This document shows, piece by piece, positions 45,131 through 51,382 of a stretch of DNA of 51,382 nt. Position numbers and translations under genes: made by a program. The notes beneath the pieces were generated by a model. The model was not told the DNA's origin, did no database searches, and saw nothing but the letters and a program-made list of their open reading frames with translations. The first letter of the stretch is position 1. Each line of letters starts with the position of its first letter. This stretch comes from Verrucomicrobiia bacterium (lineage in GTDB: Bacteria; Verrucomicrobiota; Verrucomicrobiia; Chthoniobacterales; CALDSX01): positions 1-51,382 of the forward strand of contig DAIRSW010000003.1 in NCBI GenBank assembly GCA_036804205.1, read 5' to 3'.

Positions 45131-47746
45131 ATGGGCGGTGTTTACGAGAAACCGAGAGAACACACCGGGCATGGTAGTGGGATTGCATCTCTGCGGGTGC
45201 CAAATTCCGTACTAAGTCTTTGTACGTCAACAACATGCAGAGTTCCCATGTCTTCCTGCTTTCCTTTAATGTCCCCAAACCAACCGCTTTTTCGCACTTC
45301 CAACTTCGTTCAATCCAGCTTTACACGAGAGCCGAAGTCCTCTCCACCACTCGAAAAAAAGGCTCTGGTGATTCACGAGCCCAGCCTGCTGGTGGTGGGG
45401 CCGGATAATCGGATTGTCACCGTTTTGGATTCTCATGAGATGCTGCCCGAAGCCAGTCTTCTAGGGCACCCGCTATCGGTGGCCGGCCTGAAGCTTACGC
45501 CTGATCAAGCTAAGGAAGGGATTCCCCTGCACGATCCGCAGCAGCTCAGCGAATCGAAGCTATATTCGGTGACGATTGAAGTCGGGCAGGAACGGACAGT
45601 TCATAGCGCCAGGGTGCGTCGTGTTCCCCTGAGCGCCTCAGCAAGTGGAGCGGGGCAGCTTTTAATGCTTTATCCAAGTGATGAGCACAAGTCAGAGGCG
45701 CTTGTGCAGAATGTTTCGGCAATGATCAATGAGTTGCTAAGCAACCGGCACGATTGCAACCTCGGCCCTTTGGATTTTTTGCGAAGACTCACAGAAACTT
45801 TCGGGGCGAATCATGCTTGGATCTGGCGTTTGGCCACTCGCTCCACGTTGATGGACGTAACCCCGCGCACCGAGGTGATGGGTGCTCACTATCCGCATCA
45901 TGCGGTTTCATACTCAACCGATCCGGCTGCTTGGCTTGGTATGGCGCAGCAAGCTTTGGAACAAGAAAAAAAGGTCTCCTGCTTTCGAGGCCCCGCCCCG
46001 CACGCTGATCGACCGGGCACAATGGCCGATTACCTGTGTGTTCGATTACACGTTTTTGATTCAGCCGGTTGGTTGTTGATCATGGAGCGTGGTCAGAACG
46101 ACCGTCCTTGGGCTCCGAGTGAGATCGAGGCCTTGGAGTCGACTCATCTCATATTGAGCCTTTTGTTTGAAGGCATCTTTATTAACATTCGCAACACCCA
46201 GACCAATCTGTACTTGGAGAACCTTTTGAGGGCAGCCGATATTGGGGTATTGTTTATCAGTCATCGCGAGGGGCGAGAAGTTGTGGAGCTGGTCAACGAC
46301 CAGTTTTGTCACTTGTTCCGTGTGAATCGAGCCGACATCAACCGTAAAGGGCCGCAGAAGGTCGGAGAACTTTTCTCGGAGCAGCTCGGTAACAAACCTT
46401 ATGAGGAAGGCTTGCTTAAGCAATTGTTAGATCATCCGGAGCTGCAACATACCGACGAGGTTTTTCTTAAAGCTGGAGAGCGGGTTTTACGACGTTTTTC
46501 GACTCCGGCTTATGACCGACTCGGTGCGATCATTGGGAGGATGTTTTTCTTTCGAGACATTACTCATGATAAAGAGATGGAAAGTCAGCTGGTCCACTCG
46601 CAAAAAATGGAGAGCATTGGCACCTTAGCGGGTGGGGTCGCGCACGACTTTAATAATTTGCTAACCACCATGCTCGGATACGCCGAGCTGAGTCGGTCGG
46701 AGCTTGAGCCGGAGCATCCGGTTGGGGAAAAGCTTCAACAGATCGAAAAAGCTGCACGCCGAGCCGCTGAGTTAACCCGGAATCTCCTGGCTTTCAGCCG
46801 GCGCACTCCCACCATGCTCCAGGTATTGAATTTGAGTCTTTTGGTACGCGACACGGCGGCCATGATTCGACTCGGGATTCCGAGCATTGTCGAAGTTACT
46901 TACAAGCTGGATGATGCTTTGCCCTGTGTGGAAGCGGATGAGACACAAATTCAGCAAGTGATCATGAATCTCCTCTTTAATGCCCGGGATGCTTTGCTCG
47001 ACGAGAAAGGCAAAATTCAGGTAACCACCCGATCTTTCCTCTCGAAGTCAGACGGCGAGAACAGCCCCAGCGAGTATGTGGTTATTGATGTGGAGGACAG
47101 CGGAACGGGTATTCCAAGTGACGATTTGCACAGAATCTTTGAGCCGTTCTACACCACCAAGGAAGTGGGTAAAGGCACCGGGCTTGGTTTATCCATGGTC
47201 TACGGAATTATTAAACAGCATGGTGGCTTTATTGAGGTTTCGACCGCTCCCGGTGATGGTTCGGTGTTTTCTATCTTTTTGCCGGCCACAAAGAAACCCA
47301 TGCCCGAAGCATTGATGCCGCCGGTTTCCATCGTCCGGGAGGAGGGCGTCGAAGAGGGCCGACGCGAGGTGCGCATCCTGGTGGTGGATGATGAAAAAGA
47401 ACTCGCAGAGTTCTCGGCACTCACCCTTTCACGCACCTGCAAAGAGGTTGTGGTGGCCCATGATGGAGTGGAAGCGCTGAGCCTTTTCAAGGCAAACGCC
47501 AACTTTGATTTGGTGCTGTTAGACTTGACGATGCCACGAATGGGAGGGGTTGAGTGCTTTCAAGAGCTGCGCAAACTTGACCCCACTTTGCCAATCGTGG
47601 TTTGCAGCGGATACAGTGTGGAGGCAGGAGCTAAAGATCTTATTTCTCAGCCGGGAACAGCCTTCCTCCAGAAACCGTTCATGGCGGACGAATTGTTGCT
47701 GATCGTGGGCAAGACTTTAGACCAGAAGAGGTTGCGATCACCGTGA
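45131..47746 (+). CDS. hybrid sensor histidine kinase/response regulator, no TM helix evident
   Basis: H-box SIGTLAGGVAHDFNNLL (~46610), N-box NLLFNARDA, G-boxes DSGTGI and GTGLGLS, and a C-terminal receiver (ILVVDDE...LVLLDLTMP...). The ~480-aa N-terminal sensory region is probably GAF/PAS-like. The start codon is uncertain. Confidence 0.85.
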   Translation: MGGVYEKPREHTGHGSGIASLRVPNSVLSLCTSTTCRVPMSSCFPLMSPNQPLFRTSNFVQSSFTREPKSSPPLEKKALVIHEPSLLVVGPDNRIVTVLDSHEMLPEASLLGHPLSVAGLKLTPDQAKEGIPLHDPQQLSESKLYSVTIEVGQERTVHSARVRRVPLSASASGAGQLLMLYPSDEHKSEALVQNVSAMINELLSNRHDCNLGPLDFLRRLTETFGANHAWIWRLATRSTLMDVTPRTEVMGAHYPHHAVSYSTDPAAWLGMAQQALEQEKKVSCFRGPAPHADRPGTMADYLCVRLHVFDSAGWLLIMERGQNDRPWAPSEIEALESTHLILSLLFEGIFINIRNTQTNLYLENLLRAADIGVLFISHREGREVVELVNDQFCHLFRVNRADINRKGPQKVGELFSEQLGNKPYEEGLLKQLLDHPELQHTDEVFLKAGERVLRRFSTPAYDRLGAIIGRMFFFRDITHDKEMESQLVHSQKMESIGTLAGGVAHDFNNLLTTMLGYAELSRSELEPEHPVGEKLQQIEKAARRAAELTRNLLAFSRRTPTMLQVLNLSLLVRDTAAMIRLGIPSIVEVTYKLDDALPCVEADETQIQQVIMNLLFNARDALLDEKGKIQVTTRSFLSKSDGENSPSEYVVIDVEDSGTGIPSDDLHRIFEPFYTTKEVGKGTGLGLSMVYGIIKQHGGFIEVSTAPGDGSVFSIFLPATKKPMPEALMPPVSIVREEGVEEGRREVRILVVDDEKELAEFSALTLSRTCKEVVVAHDGVEALSLFKANANFDLVLLDLTMPRMGGVECFQELRKLDPTLPIVVCSGYSVEAGAKDLISQPGTAFLQKPFMADELLLIVGKTLDQKRLRSP

Positions 47747-47768
47747 GCTTAGCCCAAAGTTGAGCTTC

Positions 47769-48899
47769 ATGAGTTCTGATAATGTACCCGTAGTTTTGCC
47801 ACCGCCCAAGAGACCATTGAAGGTGGTGGTTGCTTGTGGAGGAACAGGGGGCCACTTGTTTCCTGGTCTGGCCGTCGCGCAGGTTTTGCACGATCGCGGT
47901 CACGAACTCTTAATTTTCATCAGCGAGAAGCCTATCGATACATTGGCGGCAAAAGAGGCGGATCATTTTGAGTATCGACGGCTGGCTGCGATCGGGCTGC
48001 CGAAAGGCTTGTCTTGGCAGCATGTGATATTTTGGATGCGTTTGCAGGAGAGCATTGGGCAGTGTCAGAAAATTTATCGGGAGTTTCAACCCGATGCGAT
48101 TTTGGGAATGGGCGGCTTTACATCCCTAGCGCCAGCCTGGGCGGGCCGTAGGCAAAAAAAACCGGTGCTTTTGCACGAGAGCAACGTCATTCCTGGCAAA
48201 GCCAACCGATTTGGAGCTCGATTTGCCACGCGGATCTTGGTCGGCTTTGAAGAATGTAAGAAAGCCTTTTCCAATCGTCCGGTCACAGTAACCGGAACAC
48301 CGATTCGCGCGAAAGTAAAAAGGCGACCGGATCCAGAGGAGGCTTGGGATTTCTTTAAGTTACAACCTGATCGCCCGGTTCTTTTGGTGATGGGCGGCAG
48401 TCAAGGGGCCCATGGGGTAAACCAGTTGTTAGTCCGGATGCTTCCCAAGCTGGCTACCGAAGGATGGCAGGCCATCCATTTCACCGGAGCACAGGATGAA
48501 CGGTTCGTCGCAGAAAATTACCGTCGAGCAGAGATGCCCGCGTTTGTAGCGGCGTTTTCTGATCGGGTGGAGCTGGCCTACGCAATCTCGCGAGTGGCCA
48601 TTGCCCGTGCCGGAGCGGCAAGTTTAGCAGAGCTTTCTTATTGGGGCATTCCAACCACGCTAATCCCGTATCCGTTCGCGGCGGACGATCATCAGACCGT
48701 GAATGCCGAAATCGCAGTAGCCGCCGGTGGAGCATTTGCCGCTACCGAAGCTCAGACCAGCCCGGACGACCTTGTCCGAATGGTTCAGCAAATGCATGAA
48801 GCGGGCACCCATCATCGAATGAGTCAAAGCATGAAAAGTCTCTGCCCCGCCGATGCAGATTGGAACGTGGCACACGCAGTAGAAGAGGCGGCTGGATGA
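47769..48899 (+). CDS. murG: undecaprenyldiphospho-muramoylpentapeptide beta-N-acetylglucosaminyltransferase
   Basis: VVVACGGTGGHLFPGLAVA, VMGGSQGA and ARAGAASLAEL. I chose the ATG at 47769 over the tracked TTG at 47760. Confidence 0.92.
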   Translation: MSSDNVPVVLPPPKRPLKVVVACGGTGGHLFPGLAVAQVLHDRGHELLIFISEKPIDTLAAKEADHFEYRRLAAIGLPKGLSWQHVIFWMRLQESIGQCQKIYREFQPDAILGMGGFTSLAPAWAGRRQKKPVLLHESNVIPGKANRFGARFATRILVGFEECKKAFSNRPVTVTGTPIRAKVKRRPDPEEAWDFFKLQPDRPVLLVMGGSQGAHGVNQLLVRMLPKLATEGWQAIHFTGAQDERFVAENYRRAEMPAFVAAFSDRVELAYAISRVAIARAGAASLAELSYWGIPTTLIPYPFAADDHQTVNAEIAVAAGGAFAATEAQTSPDDLVRMVQQMHEAGTHHRMSQSMKSLCPADADWNVAHAVEEAAG

Positions 48900-51199
48900 G
48901 TGCGACGCTTTCCCTGGAAGAACTGGCGACGTTTCTTAAAACCGGACGGCGAAGGATTCATCTTCTAGGCGTCGCTGGCTCCGGCATGAGCGGCTTAGCT
49001 GCGCTTTTCTTGGAGTTGGGGCATGAGGTGGCTGGCGCAGACCGTGCCACCACCAAAGAAACCGAGCGCTTAGAACGGTTAGGTCTAGAATTTCATTTGG
49101 AGCAGCGAGCCCGGTGGGTCCGACAAGCGGATTTGGTGATTTACTCTTCGGCGATTCGAGAGGCCCACCCAGCCATGCAGGAAGCCCGCCGGCTTGGTAT
49201 CCCTTGTTTCCGACGAGCAGAAGCTTTGGCTGCGCTGCTGAGTCTGAAGTCCGGGATTGTGATCGCCGGGACTCACGGAAAAACAACAACCTCAGCCATG
49301 ACCGCGCACCTTTTGCGTTGCGCGGATTTGAAGGCCTCGCATTATGTCGGAGCCGAAATTCCGATCTTAGGCACCAACGCCTCTTGGGATCGTGAAGGCG
49401 CATTCTTTGTAGCCGAGGGTGATGAAAGCGATGGCACCCTGGCACTTTACCATCCGGAACACTTGGTGGTCTTGAACATTGAGGCTGAGCATCTCGACTT
49501 TTATTCCGACCTATCTGCCATAGAAGACGTTTTTCGACAGGTGATGGGGCAGACGCATGGCACGATTTTTGTGTGCGCTGACGATCCGGTTGGCATGCGC
49601 TTGGCGAAGGACTTCAAAACGTATGTAAGCTTTGGTTTTGATCAGCAAGCCGACTACCGCGTCAGCGACATCACTACTGGCGCGTTCTGTAGCGAGTTTT
49701 CGCTGTGGCACCAGGGAGTGTTGCTGGGGCGCATTGAACTGGGTGTGCCCGGTCGGCACAATTGTAGCAATGCGTCCGCTGCCATAGCGGTGGCCTTAGA
49801 ATGCGGTGCTTCATGGGACACCGTGCAAAAAGGTCTGAAAGAATTTCGCGGAGCCCGACGTCGCATGGAGGTCAAGTATCAGAGCGAGCGGTTTTTGGTA
49901 GTGGACGACTACGGGCATCACCCCACCGAAATACGGGCAACTCTTAACTCACTCGCTGATGCCGTGACTGGGCAGGTGCGGGTATTGTTTCAGCCGCATC
50001 GCTTTTCTCGGACCAAACTTTTGAGGGATGAATTTTCCAACGCGTTTGCTGAAGCGGATCAAGTTGCGGTGACACACATTTACCCGGCGAGTGAAGATCC
50101 GATCCCAGGCATTGATGCCCAATTTTTGGCGGCGGCCATACAGGAAAGCGGACACCCGGCTGTGGAGGCTTGTGGCGAGTTAGCGTTGGGGCGGTATGCC
50201 TTGGCGCGAAAGCTCAAAACAGGGGATCTTTTTCTTACCTTGGGTGCAGGGAATGTGCATGAGGAAGGCAAAGCTTTAGCACGAGATTTGTTGTTATGGG
50301 AGAAGTTGGCCGACCGCTTGGGCGAAGAACGGGTGCGACTTTATGAGCCGATGGCCAAGCACACCACTCTGCGCGTGGGCGGTCCGGCTCAGTTTTGGAT
50401 CGAGCTGGACCGTGAGACGCAGCTCGCCGTAGCCTTGTCCTTTGCTGCTGAAGAAGGGTTACCCTGGATGGTGGTCGGACGGGGTTCTAATCTGCTGGTG
50501 CGGGACGGGGGAATTCCAGGATTGGTTTTGCGCCTGGATGGTGGCGAGTTTGAAGAAGTGGAAGTGGACGGCGACTTCATTCGCGCCGGAGCAGGAATTC
50601 GATTTAAACAGTTGGCTGCCCTGGCGAGAACATCCGGGTTAGCCGGGTTTGAGTGGATGGAAGGAATCCCCGGCTCCGTGGGTGGGGGTTTGCGAATGAA
50701 TGCTGGGGCGATGGGTGTGGAGACTTTTAGTCAGATCGAGGTTGTAAGAACCATGGGCCTGGGAGGAAGGGTCTATGACCGGCGAGCCGAAGATCTGGAG
50801 GTGGGCTATCGCCAAGCGGCCAAGCTGGATAGTGAGATTGCCATGAGTGCGGTGTTTCGAGGGCAACCGGATAGAGAGGAGCAAATCCGCGAGCGAATGA
50901 ACGAAATGTCCGGGAAACGAAAAAGTTCACAACCGGTCAGCTCAAGTGCTGGTTGTATTTTCAGAAATCCCGAGGCGATACCGGCGGGAAAACTTATCGA
51001 GGAGCTGGGCCTCAAAAACCAGGCCATTGGTGATGCCAGAATTTCGGAAGTACACGCCAATTTCATAGTAAATGATGGCCGGGCGAGTGCCAGAGATGTG
51101 TTAGAATTAATTGCTTTGGTCCAAGAAAAAGCCATGCGGGAAAGACAGATCAGTCTGCACCCCGAAGTAAGAATTGTGGGCATTGATACAGCTGTGTAG
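48896..51199 (+). CDS. murC/murB: bifunctional UDP-N-acetylmuramate--L-alanine ligase / UDP-N-acetylenolpyruvoylglucosamine reductase (MurC-MurB fusion)
   Basis: The N-terminal ~470 aa are MurC (HLLGVAGSGMSGLA, GTHGKTTTSAM, DDYGHHPTEI). The C-terminal ~290 aa are MurB (HTTLRVGGPA..., VGRGSNLLV, GSVGGGLRMNAGA, SAGCIFRNP). An ATGA overlap links the start to the murG stop. Confidence 0.9.
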   Translation: MSATLSLEELATFLKTGRRRIHLLGVAGSGMSGLAALFLELGHEVAGADRATTKETERLERLGLEFHLEQRARWVRQADLVIYSSAIREAHPAMQEARRLGIPCFRRAEALAALLSLKSGIVIAGTHGKTTTSAMTAHLLRCADLKASHYVGAEIPILGTNASWDREGAFFVAEGDESDGTLALYHPEHLVVLNIEAEHLDFYSDLSAIEDVFRQVMGQTHGTIFVCADDPVGMRLAKDFKTYVSFGFDQQADYRVSDITTGAFCSEFSLWHQGVLLGRIELGVPGRHNCSNASAAIAVALECGASWDTVQKGLKEFRGARRRMEVKYQSERFLVVDDYGHHPTEIRATLNSLADAVTGQVRVLFQPHRFSRTKLLRDEFSNAFAEADQVAVTHIYPASEDPIPGIDAQFLAAAIQESGHPAVEACGELALGRYALARKLKTGDLFLTLGAGNVHEEGKALARDLLLWEKLADRLGEERVRLYEPMAKHTTLRVGGPAQFWIELDRETQLAVALSFAAEEGLPWMVVGRGSNLLVRDGGIPGLVLRLDGGEFEEVEVDGDFIRAGAGIRFKQLAALARTSGLAGFEWMEGIPGSVGGGLRMNAGAMGVETFSQIEVVRTMGLGGRVYDRRAEDLEVGYRQAAKLDSEIAMSAVFRGQPDREEQIRERMNEMSGKRKSSQPVSSSAGCIFRNPEAIPAGKLIEELGLKNQAIGDARISEVHANFIVNDGRASARDVLELIALVQEKAMRERQISLHPEVRIVGIDTAV

Positions 51200-51382
51200 C
51201 TGGCCATGAGCATGTAGCGGAACTCGGAACGAGTTTCGGTGGGGGAATATCGCGCCTAGGCAAGAGGTGTCGAACCTATTGAAAAACGTTTTCCCAGACG
51301 TGAAGAGTGCCGCCGTAACCCCCAAGCTCATTGAGCAGTTCTTCGCATCGAGTGCGCCAGCGCTCTAGGTCGGGCGGACCAG

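Noticed and set aside
51200-51382. Possible gene fragment at the right edge (74-aa minus-strand ORF 51107..51331)
   Set aside because: It overlaps the murC/murB 3' end, has no motif, and the window ends too soon to judge.

Overview
The window is a moderately GC-rich bacterial chromosomal segment. It is mostly housekeeping, gene-dense and shows many overlapping start/stop codons. A fused murC-murB, an RRM-type RNA-binding protein and a gldA/F/G-like ABC cluster followed by a DUF4340-like gene together suggest a Verrucomicrobiota/PVC-like organism; this is a low-confidence inference from memory, with no search run.

Recognisable content:
- Repair and translation factors: uvrB, prfC, typA/bipA and miaA.
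- A complete F1Fo ATP synthase operon (atpB-E-F-H-A-G-D-C).
- Three single tRNA genes: Thr-CGT, Leu-TAG and Arg-TCT.
- Two glycosyltransferases and an erythromycin-esterase-family protein.
- A tandem crcB pair followed by folE2 and a small zincin.
- A sucrose-phosphate-synthase-like glycosyltransferase and a TVP38 membrane protein.
- A hybrid histidine kinase directly upstream of murG and murC/murB.

I saw no rRNA, CRISPR array, transposase, integrase or phage genes.

The best candidate for an undescribed system is the first 11.2 kb (22..11204), a seven-gene operon with overlapping or near-abutting start/stop codons. It contains:
- an unknown 293-aa protein;
- an orphan PqqD/RRE-like peptide-binding protein;
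- two paralogous MacB/LolD-type ABC ATPases;
- a MacB/FtsX-type permease;
- a 1628-aa protein that fuses a secreted M28/PA-like domain, apparently lacking several catalytic residues, to an FtsX permease module;
- a 666-aa polytopic OPT-like membrane protein.

The window starts 21 nt before this operon, so its upstream partners are unknown. All family assignments come from reading motifs by eye; no HMM, BLAST or Rfam search was run.
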